This document shows, in pieces, positions 51,478 through 64,000 of a stretch of DNA of 64,000 nt. Position 1 is the first letter of the stretch. Every line of letters starts with the position of its first letter. The stretch comes from Tubulanus polymorphus. Its lineage: Eukaryota; Animalia; Nemertea. A model generated the notes under the pieces. That model made no database searches, had not been told where the DNA came from, and saw only the letters and a list, made by a program, of their open reading frames with translations. The stretch is from assembly GCF_964204645.1 (NCBI RefSeq), contig NC_134033.1:11044655-11108654 (forward strand). The letters run 5' to 3'. The position numbers and the translations under genes were made by a program.

Positions 51478-53646
51478 ATTGCGGATGTTAATTTCCAAAC
51501 TTTTTCGATTCGCTGCCCGTCGGTCTTATCTGAGCTATAACGACTTAAAAACCGGCGCGGCCACTGGGTGATCTAATATAATTTGATGAAAAAGAGAGCC
51601 GGAGAGGTGCTTGAAAAACATCGAGACCACAGAAATACCGTGAAATGAAATTTATTCGATATGCTATCATTTATCGATTGTTTGGAAAGCCTGAACGCGT
51701 AAAAAGTGTAATAACATTTCTGAACCGAGCACCCGATAACTCCTTAGAGATGATGACCCTCTTCATTTAAAAGCCCCTTGGCAGATTCTGTCGTAGCATC
51801 CAGTATTTCGAATTGATCTCACCAGCTCATTAATTTGTAGTTCCTTCTCTTCATCGGCTGCCGACAAGGCCCAGATGGATACAAATACTCCATAAAGTGG
51901 AAAAATAAATTTGAACATGTTGCCTAGAAATAATCGTATTCAGTTAACTTTCAATCATGGTTCATTGATAGCAACATGATATTCATTGAAATCCGCAAAT
52001 CAAAACTGATGCTTGTTTACGTATGGTTCTTAAGAATGAGCTTGAAAATTGAAAAATTATCATCTTGCGCCACGTATTGAATAATCCATCATTGTAGATA
52101 TAGATATGTGTATAAGAAATGATTGATAGAGAGATTATTATTATTCTTACGTGTTTCGTAGAGCTTTCGTAGAGCTGTGTGTTTGAACCTCTCCTGTTGC
52201 TGCAGACAGTGCGTTATGATGTATGATATCGACACTCAATATAATATACCAAGTTTTTCGAACGATGGTAATTTGAACCCAATTTTAAGTGGCACAAATC
52301 GATCCATCAGTTTTATACAGTCATGATATTTATGTAGAATTTCAATAAGTAAAATGCATACGTTTCAAGCGCTTCGTTTTATAAAGCCACATTCGAACTT
52401 ATGTTTCATTAGTAACCGGTGCTTAAAACAAGCATGTTACTGTACCGCCTCTAAGTCGAAAAGGAATATGAACTAATCTAAAATGGCATCGAGTGTTAAT
52501 TAATCCATATGACCAAGTTAAATCGTAATCTGTCTATTGGTTCACGAGATAACATGTGCTGGGTATTAAAGAACTTTTTGTTGAATTGATGGTAGAATCT
52601 TGGTGACAAGCTGGTATTTTCTTCTAGTCTGAAGCTGAGGTCTGAGGTCGGCTAGGCTGTTATCTGTATTGTACTGAACAACGAGATTATCTCGCAGCAT
52701 TTCGCATATGACTACTCTGTCAAACTAGGGTCAATCATTATAAATTTAGATTAGACTTTTTTTAATCGAAATTCTTTCCTCGTACTATCCACCAGACATT
52801 ATAAACATCTCAGTTCAACGTCCATTTAACATCGATTACCATCCACGACAATAAGATATCATATTCCATTTTGATGATATTCATTTTCCATAATTTCATA
52901 TCGAATGTTTGCAGTTTCAGTGTAAAAGTGGTTTCGAATTCCCATGACTAGGTGAGTCTGGGCGATCTATTTACATGGATCGATCACACTTCAACCAACT
53001 CTGTGAACCCTCACAGATAGATTCAGCTCGATCAGCCCGTTTTGTATCCCGATTTCTATTTATTCATTATATGTATTTTATCTGTTTAACTCAAACTGTA
53101 TAATATGCATGCTTCATGATAGAATATATGATAGTATAGCATTAGATTTAAAGATCAATATCGATATCAACATTGCCGCTGCTGGTTTCATCTCCAATTC
53201 TCATCAATTTTGCTTGGCTATTTTATCCCGGGCCATTTTATCTCTTGCCATTTTATCATGGGCCATTTTTCCTGGCTACTCGTACGTGGAAGCGAGTAGC
53301 ACCTGAGGCTTATCTATAATTCAGTATACGAACTCTCAGTAAGTCTGGCAATGTTGGATCAAACGTTGATATAAATCTGACATATATTCATATTGCCAGG
53401 ATAAATACGATTTTAGTGAAAATCAAATCAGATTTGCCAGGGGATATTTTAATCTAAGAAATCCCGCGTTATCGGGGGAGACCCTTATTCTCCATATTGC
53501 GTGTGTTCCGCGTGTAACATGCCTTCATGCATAGTAACAACATTTTAATACAAGATACCGTTATAGCTAGTTCGTAGATATATGTTTTCCGTTTCAAATC
53601 GCCAATCGACTATTTATTTTGCGGATTGTATAATTTGTTATACCAT

Positions 53647-54636
53647 TTATTTAACGCTTTTACGGCACGTAAGTTTCCTCAATGTTTCATAAAACTGTCT
53701 ATTAACGACGCAATACAATATGAAATTTACGCATGAATCGATATCGCTGGTGACGTACGCAATGTCCATCGCTAACTCCCAGATTATTGCATTCGGCAAA
53801 GCGTATGAACGTACCTTAGAAAATGTTGCCGGGATTTCTAAAACGAGAAACGTTATACTCATCGAAATAACCATTCGAGTCGCCTTAGAATCTCCTTTCA
53901 ATGTTTGTTGCTGGGCGCCTAATTTTTTTCGTTGTCTAAATTTCACGTACAATGTTACGATAAGGGCCGTATTGACAACGAGAATTATTGCGCAAGGAAG
54001 TATCAATCTAAAAACTGGATCTAATAGTTTATTGCATAACAGATATATTTTTGGATATTTGAATACGAGCCGATTATTCGGGCCATGGCAAGGATCTATA
54101 TAATCTTCTATCTTAAGGGTGAATGGGAAATATATAGGCCAGATGAAGAACAGAACGGTAGCCCCGGCGATTATACGATTCATGCGTTTTTTCGTCCACC
54201 ATTGACTGGCTTTTAGCGGGTACAAAATCGTCAAGAAACGTTCGGTCTGAATGAGAACCGTCAACCAGTTGCGCTGAAACATGAACGCTATGCGTATTAT
54301 GTAAGTTCCGTACGCGAACATTCCCGGATAGATGTTGAAAGGGTCGATGAAAACTTTATCGCCGTAATTTATGTAAAATAACAAATACCTCAAAGTATCA
54401 GCCAGAAAATGACCGATCAGATAACCAATATCGGCCAAAGCGAGACATTTTAACAAGTGTATAGAAGGGTGAGATGATTTCAACTCGGTAAACACAGCTA
54501 CTATTAATGAGTTCATCACCCATCCGGCGACCATAATCGGTGTTAGAATGAATATATTGATATAGAAACGACCGGACCATTCGTCGTACTGCATGGAGCA
54601 AGCCTCATCACGGCTTACGTTACGTAAGGAGGCCAT
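53647..54636 (-). CDS. Intronless class A GPCR, FMRFamide/peptide-receptor-like
   Basis: 7TM; RNWLTVLIQTERF; DSCVNFILYC. Confidence 0.92.
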   Translation of the reverse strand: MASLRNVSRDEACSMQYDEWSGRFYINIFILTPIMVAGWVMNSLIVAVFTELKSSHPSIHLLKCLALADIGYLIGHFLADTLRYLLFYINYGDKVFIDPFNIYPGMFAYGTYIIRIAFMFQRNWLTVLIQTERFLTILYPLKASQWWTKKRMNRIIAGATVLFFIWPIYFPFTLKIEDYIDPCHGPNNRLVFKYPKIYLLCNKLLDPVFRLILPCAIILVVNTALIVTLYVKFRQRKKLGAQQQTLKGDSKATRMVISMSITFLVLEIPATFSKVRSYALPNAIIWELAMDIAYVTSDIDSCVNFILYCVVNRQFYETLRKLTCRKSVK

Positions 54637-55687
54637 CAACTCTTCGTCACAAACACTACGAACATTTCATAACGGGTTACAAGCTGCACCACTCTAGCGG
54701 TTATGATTTTGATGCTGTTCTCATCCATCGTGTCGTTTGGACGCTTGTTTTCTATCTGATGTCATGTCTGAATTGGCTAGGAAGCATCCAACACCGGTTT
54801 AAACAGATCGATAAACTCACCGTCGTATAATAACAGATGATTACACTGAAAATCCGCGGGTAGATTCCTCATCATGATAGTCAGTCTTATATATTCGATA
54901 TTCCAAACTATTTGCCCACGGGCGCCTAGGTGATTTTTGCAAAAGATGAATTTACGTACGTCAGTGTATGATGTAGGGAGATTCTAAAATTATTCAAAAT
55001 CTCAAGGTGTTAAAATGGTTTCTTTAGAAATGACAGAAACTACGGCCGTAGGAACATTGAACATCTTAGAACATTCGCCATTGATTGCGGGTTTTATTTT
55101 TGAGCATTAAAGCAGTGGATATTCATTTTATTTAGTTACTGTCAGTTTTCTATCAAGTTTGTTTGATACATATGCTGAATGTATATATAGGCAGGCCTAT
55201 GTCGTCGGGTCCCGTGTTTACTCCACTGGAACAACAAAGGCTCGAATGTAAACCAATTTTGCCGATAGTATTCTGATCCAGAAAACCGTCAAAACACTGA
55301 ATATGAAATATGAAAATGACTTTACGATAGGCTTTCATGCAGTCGCATACACCTCGAGTGGTAGTCAGTTTAGTTTCACGATCGGATATTTTCACAAAAC
55401 CGATAAAAAGCTGTTTTTAAATTTGAATAGCTGCTTGGCGCTGGCGCTAACCGTTCACAAACCGATTTCAAACAAATGCGCCTTTAGACCGGTTACCGGT
55501 CTCTAATCTTCAATGGGACAGGTAACCAGTCTACAAAATAGCCGTATCCGTAAATTAGGGTTAGTGTGTGCCGAGGATTAAAAATCACGTGACCAGTACA
55601 AAATGGTGGACGTTCAACAACTCCTTCCTGTCGTCGTCGTCGTAAAACTACTTCAGCAGAGGCAAAATAGTGAAAGTTGAAGTGATA

Positions 55688-58600
55688 ATGGCTGCGCTGA
55701 ATGTTTGGACGGATCGGCAACGACTGTTAGCGTTACCTACGAGACAGGTGAGTAGACATATCAACAGCACTGACTTCATTAAACTGTTCTTCAATCAAAC
55801 CCGGCATTACAAAAACAAGGCTGTCTGACCTGTCAAAAAAAAAGATGTAAGTCGGAGTCGCCTCGCTCGGATGAAGCTGCAGAGAGCGAGGCAGGAGAAC
55901 ACAGGTTCTACACTAACAGTTACCTACTAGGCTAGCAGTACGCTTAGCCCTACACCGATCACTTTGGAACTGGATATTTTACCCAATAAAGCATTATTCT
56001 AAGTAAGTTAAGTAGGCCAAAAAATTCCCAGCTGCAGCCCTCCTCAGTTTCTGTTGGCGTTAGCGCCGTTAAAAGAAATTGCTAAATCCTCGCATCCATG
56101 TCACTGCAATAGTATTGCCGGTATCCATTGGTCTGATAGAACAATGTGTTGAGGTTGCGGCCAGAACCGAGTCCTGTTTCACAAGGTACTGGGTTTGCTG
56201 TCACCTCGAATGGCTGGTATCATTTTTCGGTCATCCTTATTAGGCCAAATAAAAAAAATTAGTTGTTTATCGTCCTTTTTTTCAAAAAGCTTGGGTCGGC
56301 CGGGCGGTTTTTTTTTATTTTTTATTTTAGATCGAGTGTTGTAAATGATATACGGTTGATAAAATAAAGCATGTTTTCCATCGACTGGAAGTGTGGCGCC
56401 ACAAGCAATACAAATACAATTCAATTCATAGAATTTTATTAACTTAGATTTTAAAATCGCTCTAAATATGCTCCACAACCGGAAATCCACACTGTGTACG
56501 CTCCATAACCGAATATTGACTTCAATTTGTTATTCAGTGAACGTACTTCGTCGATCGATAAATCGTTTTGTTTGCTGCTATACTGTCCTACAATCGACAT
56601 GAAACGGTAGCTATGGCAAATATTTTCGATTGGAACCAAAATAGAACACGATAAAAAAAAAAAGATTGGGTCGGGTATTTTTCGTAGGGTCAGGCGGGGA
56701 CGATAAACAACTAATTTTTTTTATTTGGCCTTACCGAGATGACGTATTTTACCGAGATCAACCGAGATGACATGAAATATAACATATTTATTTATTCCTT
56801 ATCGATTTTTACAATTGAAATCATATTATATCAGTGATAAATGCCTGCTGGAGTCAAATTTTACATATTTTGTCGGATATTTTTGTAGAAAAATAACTTT
56901 TAACTTAATGATATCGTCGATCAATCAAATTCAATTAAGTTTTATTGCTAACCGAGATTACGTATTTGAAGTCAAAATTTTTTTTACAAAATATCCCGAA
57001 AAATATGTAAAATATGACTCTAGAAGGTATTTATTACTGATATAACATAATTTCAAGTTTTAAAATGGATAAGGAATAAATAAATATGTTATATTTCATG
57101 TCATCTCGGTTGATCTCGGTTCATGTCGGTAAATTACGTCATCTCGGTTATAAGGAGGACCCATCATTTTTTGGTATTTTTAAATCACATTTCAGAGACG
57201 TTTGAGGCATTTGAAGAATATATCGGCGCGGAATTTAGTTTTAAGCGGAACGAATATCACCGATGTTTCCGAGATCATTTCATATTTCACGCTGCATCTC
57301 GATGAAAAATCAAAAGGTAAAAATTTCACGCAAGGTTTCAGAAGCTTCTGTGCGGAGGAAAATGTTGGGTCGCATGGCATGGTTTTATAGAGCGCTACCG
57401 TTCTGTGTTTTAATAGGGGGCTCCAGTTAAAGTTAGTACAATAAAGGCCTATAAAACCATGCCTTTAAATATAGATTGATTCGTCAAATTCAAAGCCATG
57501 AACGCGTTATTTGTGTGCCGAAGTTTATGGTTTCCTTAGTGCATACAGCTTTGCCTGAAAAGATTGCCAAATTTGTTGAGAAAATATTGAAAAAGACGAT
57601 TTTAGTGACTACAGAGATTTCTTGGCAAATTTGAGCATGCAAAATGGTTTATACTTGTCAGCATTAAAAACTGAAAGTAATCAATAGCAATCAAAAACTG
57701 ATGGGGCACTTCTTCAGAAGTTAATGTGTATTAAAGAATGATGACATAGTGACAATTAAAATTGCATTGTAATCATGGTATCAGCAGTTAACTCAGGTTC
57801 ATCCATCGTTTCATCGTTGAACTGCTGTAGATTACATTATAATATTCATTCCGCTGTTACTTTGTAGAATTCTATAGAAGTGAATCGATCAAAGGATCAA
57901 TGGTAAAAATCATTTATTTTCTCAATCATCTGTGCCTGATAGCGTGAACCCGGTATATAACATATTCCGTGTGTTCACTATATTTTCAGAATCCTACTTG
58001 GCGTAGCTTTGATTTATGTCACATTCTCGATGGATCGTTCGTAGGTTTAACTTGTATCCTTTGAAACCGCTGAAACAGGGTCCCTACAACTCCTTGATTC
58101 CTTGAAAACTCAGCGTTCTAAACCATAAATATTTTCGAGGTCCTTGAATATCCTTGAATTTTGAGAAATTGGCAATTAGAAAATTTTTAGGTTTTCAAAG
58201 CCTCAAATTCAGGCGTAGTCAGGCCTACACACAGATTCCACCCAATTAAATGGTTTACTTAGATAATTAATACTTAACAATAATTGTTATATGAAAGTGA
58301 TGCATACACCCCTCTTAATTTGAAATTTTCTCCTTGAAAACCCCTTGAAAATTCCTTTAATTCTGGAATGACTGATACGTAGGGACCCTGTGAAAATATT
58401 GTCTCCAAAATAATGAAACGACTATAGCCTATATTCAGTCGAGCGATCGTTTTCATTTATCTCCCGTTTTCTTAACACAATTTGAAACAGCGTTCGTTAT
58501 TCGTGTTTGGGCCGGACCGGAGAAGCTTTTAAAATTAGTTCTAGAATGGTCTGTCGACCTCACCGGGCTGGTTTTACTAGGCAATCAGGTAATCAATTGA

Positions 58601-61600
58601 TCTTGAATTTAATACGTGCACCAGGGCTGCTGAAAAGAGATAGATGTGTTTAAACAGAAATCGAAACCTCCTTTAAGACTATCAGTTAACCCTTTCAGTG
58701 CTGACTAATTAATACCCTATAGTGCTGGAGAAAATTTGAAAATTCTAAATTCTAGTATTTCACTATGTTTGACACTTGCTGCCATTTTTCAATAGAGATA
58801 ATTACAAATTACTAATTACATCAATACACCGCAGTGCGGTGTACTAGCAAAATCCATCACTGATTTATACACCGCACTGCGGTGTAGACGCACTGAAAGG
58901 GTTAAGGGATGGAGAATGAATAGGGAACATTGCTGCAGAGAGAATCCTACAATAATAACAAAAGAACAGTCTGAAAATGCAACTGAAGCCAATGTAGTTT
59001 ATTCAGCGTTTCAACTATATCCTAATAGTCATCTTCAGGAATAAGGAATAGAAAACATTGCTGTTTTGGTGCGAATATCACAATGAGTATTTTTCCAACG
59101 TTTTCTAGTTGCAGCTCGACAGTATAAAACATAAACAGAATTCACTTATATTCGGCTTGTTCGATAGTTGGTTCGGATGTCCAGAATCGGAGGTACGTCC
59201 GTACAATGCATCGAGCTGTCTTCTTTTTGAATCATCGAAACGACTCGAAATCAGTTCAGATTATACTGAAAAAAATGTTTTTCAGATGAATTTATTGGCG
59301 GAAGATCGTCAGATTTTTCCCGTTGAAGCGAATCTAGTCAGAAATTCTTACGACACTAATTCATTATCGAGGTATAACTCACTACTCTCTCAATCGGATC
59401 CCCATAAAAACACTCAAATCAGTGTATTCAATTATTGTTATTCTTATTATTATTATTGTTATTGTTATTCTTTTTCCGATTTCTTTCTTTGTTATTTAGG
59501 ATAATGACGGTGCTTATTGTTATTGTTATTCTTTTTCCGATTTCTTTCTTCGCCGTTATTTAGGATAATGACGGTGCTCAGAGCTGTTAAGCAAACGCAA
59601 TCTTCCATAAATAAGACGAAATCTTCGATCGAAGATCACCTTTTACTGTCTCAAACTCGGTCTAGAAAGGTAAATTACTTGTAGCCGTTCAATTTAACGC
59701 TGAAAATGAAAAACAAGCAAGAAACATATAAGAAAAACTGATGCTTGTTTTGGCAAGAGCGCAAAAACTACCTAACATGATTTTACTGGAGATATTTACG
59801 TTTCTAGTTAGCTGTGCAAGAGATGTCCGACCTTCGCGTGAACAACGCACGTAAAGAATTAGACTGGCAAACTGCCAAGTTACAACAAGAGAAAGCTTTG
59901 CATGATCAACATTTATCGGCCAATCATCAAAGGAGTAAGTACGCTTGAAGTCCGCTAAAAAGCCACGGCTGGGACCAAGAAAAATATGCGTTATGATGAA
60001 TGGTATTTCATAGTATCGAGTTAATTTTGGCATCAATTTGTTCTCATAAAAATGTTGGTGTTAAAGTGAACATTGAGTGTTAAATCTAACTTCATAAACT
60101 ATTCATTTTCTGGGAGTTTACATTTCGGGGTTTGTTATCGAATGAAGTATTCGTGGTGGTCACACGAATGTAATTTTTTCTTGTATGTTTCTTGTTTACA
60201 GATATCGGATTACGCAATAAACACGAAACGTTGGTAAAAGACGAATTTCGTCTGCACGAAAAAATGAAACATTCCTCGCAATTACGTCAAGAATTCATCC
60301 ACGCGAACACGCAACTATTCCTGCGACAGAAACAACTCATTTCCGAACTGGCTTTAATTTATCCGATCGAAGAAGTTTCCGAAAACAAGTTCACGATCTG
60401 CGGCGTTCATTTGCCGAACTCGGAGGATTTCCAGGGTGCGTTCATCGTTGAGAACCAGGGTTGATAATTTTCCGCCGTGCGGCGGATTTTCGCCTTTTCA
60501 ATCAATTTTTATCATTTCTCAGATTGATGCAAATCCGTTGAAAAAAATGTGGGGTGGGGTGGTGAGGATAATGGCATCTTAAGGATAGATTGGTATGACC
60601 ATAAAAGCGTTTCCCGATCTATTTTTAAATGCGATCATTTTTAGCCCACTTGGGACTTTAGACGGAATCCAGTTATTTTGGGAAGTTTTGAAGACGCTTC
60701 AAGGTAATGTCTTGATATTTGGGTTACACATGTATCTACCCTAGACACATCTTCAGCCCAAAAACTGGCCCTGTCAGATTCAAGATGGCCGACTGGCAGC
60801 CATTGTAGTTCGCCAAAATCAGCACTTTTTACACATTTTTGAACTTTTTGAGGGAAATTTTGAAGACGCTTTGAATCAATTACCTTGATCTTTCGGATAT
60901 ATGTGAATTCCCCCAGGGCCCATCAGCATAACAAAAATTGGGTCGATCGGACTCAAGATGGCCGTCCTATGACCTTTTTAGTGCCCAAAAATGTGAATTT
61001 TGGCCCAAATTCTGAGTCCTGTAGCTTCCTACTGGTTTATCATTTCTCATTGCAATTTGTGATGGGTATTCTTTGGAAAGGGATGTTTTATACCTGAGAC
61101 AGGTATTTTTCATCAGCCAATTATGACGCAATTGGCGGCCATCTTGGTGTCAGCAGTACTCATTCGTAAGTGGGAAAAAGTTTTTCCACATTATATTGAT
61201 ACCTAAGCGTATTTTGTTACCACAATCATTTAGAAAGTTGTAGCTCATAACGTGTTCTATGATTGTGGTGAGTTTCAAGGTCATTGGTTTTTGTATATGG
61301 CCACCGGGGGGCGTTGAATAATGCAATATCTTAGTATTTCTATATTATATTCGTATCAATGCATATTTTGTAACCACAATCAATTGCAAAGTTGTAGCTC
61401 ATGACATCATCTATGATTGTGGCAAGTTTTAAGGCCATAAGTTATTCTATATGGTCACCAGGGGGCGTTGAATAGTAGAATAACTTAGTATTTCCTTATT
61501 ATATTGGTACCTAGGCATATTTTGTTACCATGATCAATTACAAAGTAATAGTTCGTGACATGTTCTATGTGGTGAGTTTCAAGGTCATTGGGTTTTGAAT

Positions 61601-64000
61601 CACCAGGGGGCGTTGAATAGTAGAATAACTTAGTATTTCCATATTAAAGTGGTAACGAGGCATATTTTGTTATCACAATCAATTACAAAATCGTAGCTGC
61701 TGACATGTTCTATGATAGTGGTGAGTTTCAAGGTCATTGGATTCTGTATATGGTCACCAGGGGGCGTTGAATATTGAAATTGTTAGATTGTTGAGCATTT
61801 GGAACCACTTCCCAAGTGGGCATGGTGTCCCTGGACCCCTAGTTGTTGACTAAGTTTTATCTATCCGTTGCCCGACCGTGTGTCTGTGGATATATGTTTC
61901 TACATTATTGATTTTTTTACCGAGTGTTGCTCGCGTGTAGTGCTGAAAAATGGCTTTTGCGGCCCGTAATGTGCCGCCGCCTACATTGTTTTTCTTATGC
62001 AAATGGATAGATGATGAGCATCTTGACTCATCTTGGAACTAGCAGTGTGTTAACAGTAAAACATCAGACGATGTTGTTTGATTCTCTTGAGTGAAATTTT
62101 AACGATAAAACTGCTGATAAACGACGATCTGAGACGATGTGAAAAATCAAAATTTTCTGGGGGTGGACCCCAAGACCCCCGTCATTACTTCGCGCCTTCG
62201 GCTATGGCATTCGTTATTTCTGAGTTATTAAGTGATTTAAAATTTTCTGCCTTTTTAATGATGCCCTGTTATCTTCCTTGAGAACTGAGCTGTTAATAAA
62301 TACTGGTATAGAATTTGGAGGGTTAAGAATAAAATGACTCTGAATACTACTTTCAAAATAACATTTTTTACTATCACTTACCTGACCGCAGTACTCTGAA
62401 ATGTATCTTTTGAGTTTGGCAAATGCCAAGAGCAAATGCGGACCTGGCCTGATTGTACGGTCAAAACAAAGACACTGAAAAACGTGTTTCTATTTTAGGT
62501 CACGATGAAATCCGCATAGCGGTTGCGCTCGGTTACACGTGCCACCTGGTGTTGATGATCAGTCAGGTGTTGGACGTACCGCTGCGATACTCGATGGAAC
62601 ATTTGGCGTCGAGATCGAAAATCAGAGATCATATTCACGATAAACTCGCCGATAAAGACCGAGAGTAAGTTATCAATACTCGGTTACCGTTGTTAGGACA
62701 GAAGAATTTAGTGTGTGACGTTAAAGCACGGACACATACCGGGGAATACTTGAGAATTTATTTCTATATGGAATTCCGACACTTTGTGTTTAGTTTATCA
62801 TAAGCTATTGGGTTCGAATCCCACTATAACCATAACCATTTGTGTGTAGCAGAGTCAGGGGCTGACTCGGTGCTAATGGGTTAAGCGTTTCACACAAGTG
62901 GACTGCAGCTCTAGTTTTAGGCATTACCAGTTTCAGTCTTACTTACCAGTGACAGTAACGGGAAATTCAAGCTGATTTCATCTATATATTTTCAGTTTTC
63001 CCTTGTACAGTAAAGGAAAGGAAAAATTCCAGTTTAATTACGCTGTATATCTGTTAAATAAAAACATCGCGCAAGTAAGTTAGATCCTCACCACAGGTGG
63101 CTGTAGAGCATTTCAAGTTGAATACGCGTTGAAATTTTGTCTCGTTTTTAGTTGCGGAACTATTGCGGTCTGGGGACGCACGACCTTCGTTTGACCTTGC
63201 AGAATGTGAAAAGCCTTTTGGAATTACGACTGGGAGTAAAATTGTAAGTATGAATTCAACCAGGGTCCAGCTGCGGCGAGGGAGGTTCGCTTATAGTCAA
63301 AGTTACTTGGCTTTCTGTGCTTTAATTTCCTTAACATTTCAGTAAAAATCTAAGGCCAGGTTCAGACAGGGTGTTTGTAATGTGCTGTACATATTTCAGT
63401 AGACCAGGCTGCAGCTTGGTGACATTTTTAGCTCCCCCGTCCACTATCACCTTGTTTCATGAACTTGTCCTTGTTTCATATCCCTCAAATTGATATCCAA
63501 ACCCCCTCCCCTGTTGAATCTAACCCCTTCCCCTCCCTCAGTCCCCCTATTGAACTGATTCGCTGTCGTTTATTTATTTCTAGTGATCAGTACCGAGCTA
63601 CGGTTATGAGTTTGAATCCATCGACTAACAACGTCTCGCCGGGTACGTCACCTCACAACGAGGCCGCCGATCGGCCTCGCATTCGCGGCAACAGTTCATT
63701 CGAAGAGATCCTATTCCAGGAGGCGGGACGTAAAAAAACCATTTCCGAGAAATCGTCGGATTTACCGCCAGCTGCTGAAACGATTCCGGAAACGACGACG
63801 ACGGCGCCACCTACACCGCCGGCAGACGGACGTCGAGAGATTCCGCGTCCGGTGGCAATAGATGGCGATAGTAGTCGCGATAGTAGCGTAGATCATAAAG
63901 AACGCGAAATGGAAGAATATTACGAAACGCTCGTTAGACGTTTAACGATTAACGAGACGACAGACGGAATAACGACGAGTCACGTGACTAATCAATCTAA
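55688..64000 (+). CDS. UVRAG: UV radiation resistance-associated protein (Vps38 orthologue), multi-exon, 3' end outside the window
   Basis: Exons encode [43 protein letters not shown], coiled coil [67 protein letters not shown], all matching known UVRAG motifs. Confidence 0.95.
56228..57162. mobile_element. Mutator-like foldback MITE (9-bp TSD ATCATTTTT) carrying a nested insertion
   Basis: Long imperfect inverted arms (ACCGAGATGACATGAAATATAACATATTTATTTATTCC and reverse complement); identical 9-mers at 56219-56227 and 57163-57171. Confidence 0.8.
56243..56730. mobile_element. PIF/Harbinger-like MITE (TTA TSD) nested in the left TIR of the foldback element
   Basis: TTA|GGCCAAATAAAAAAAATTAGTTGTTTATCGTCC ... 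GGACGATAAACAACTAATTTTTTTTATTTGGCC|TTA. Confidence 0.78.
58076..58390. mobile_element. MITE with CAGGG TIR and 5-bp TSD
   Basis: TGAAA|CAGGGTCCCTAC ... GTAGGGACCCTG|TGAAA. Confidence 0.8.
58690..58901. mobile_element. piggyBac-like MITE
   Basis: TTAA|CCCTTTCAGTGC ... GCACTGAAAGGG|TTAA; internal palindromes ACACCGCAGTGCGGTGT. Confidence 0.85.
60638..61844 (+). mobile_element. Non-autonomous Helentron-type element (HINE/DINE-1-like) with internal ~154-bp tandem repeats
   Basis: T-run start; 12-bp sub-terminal IR GCCCACTTGGGA/TCCCAAGTGGGC; 3' hairpin GGTGTCC-CT-GGACCCC, then TAGTT; no TSD. Confidence 0.75.

Noticed and set aside
62800-62900. tRNA gene (GGTTCGAATCCC B-box-like)
   Set aside because: No cloverleaf, and the A-box-like piece lies downstream of the B-box-like piece; at most SINE debris.

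Overview
AT-rich eukaryotic DNA with spliceosomal introns, from a bilaterian invertebrate (gene content suggests a lophotrochozoan; this is inference). In order: (i) the last exons of a plakin/plectin-repeat-like gene; (ii) a ~10 kb tandem U6 snRNA array of ~1.08 kb units, with 6 intact copies and 3 copies sharing one deletion, alternating as a ~2.04 kb dimer, with an LTR inserted at the right end; (iii) an orphan exon encoding one domain; (iv) a ~16 kb group of genes for secreted Cys-rich proteins: a helical, probably GPI/TM-anchored protein, a stand-alone ShK-toxin-like peptide missed by the ORF track, a 3xCUB+PLAT gene with two premature stops, and a secreted phospholipase A2 head-to-head with it; (v) a type I membrane mucin-Sushi-3xkringle receptor with an FxNPxY tail; (vi) three intronless FMRFamide-receptor-like GPCRs; (vii) UVRAG, running off the right edge. 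Many MITEs, minisatellites, a LINE 3' fragment and a Helentron-type element with tandem CTCF-like motifs are interspersed. No rRNA, tRNA gene or CRISPR array was found. Gene models were built by eye from splice signals and phase consistency, and no database search was run.
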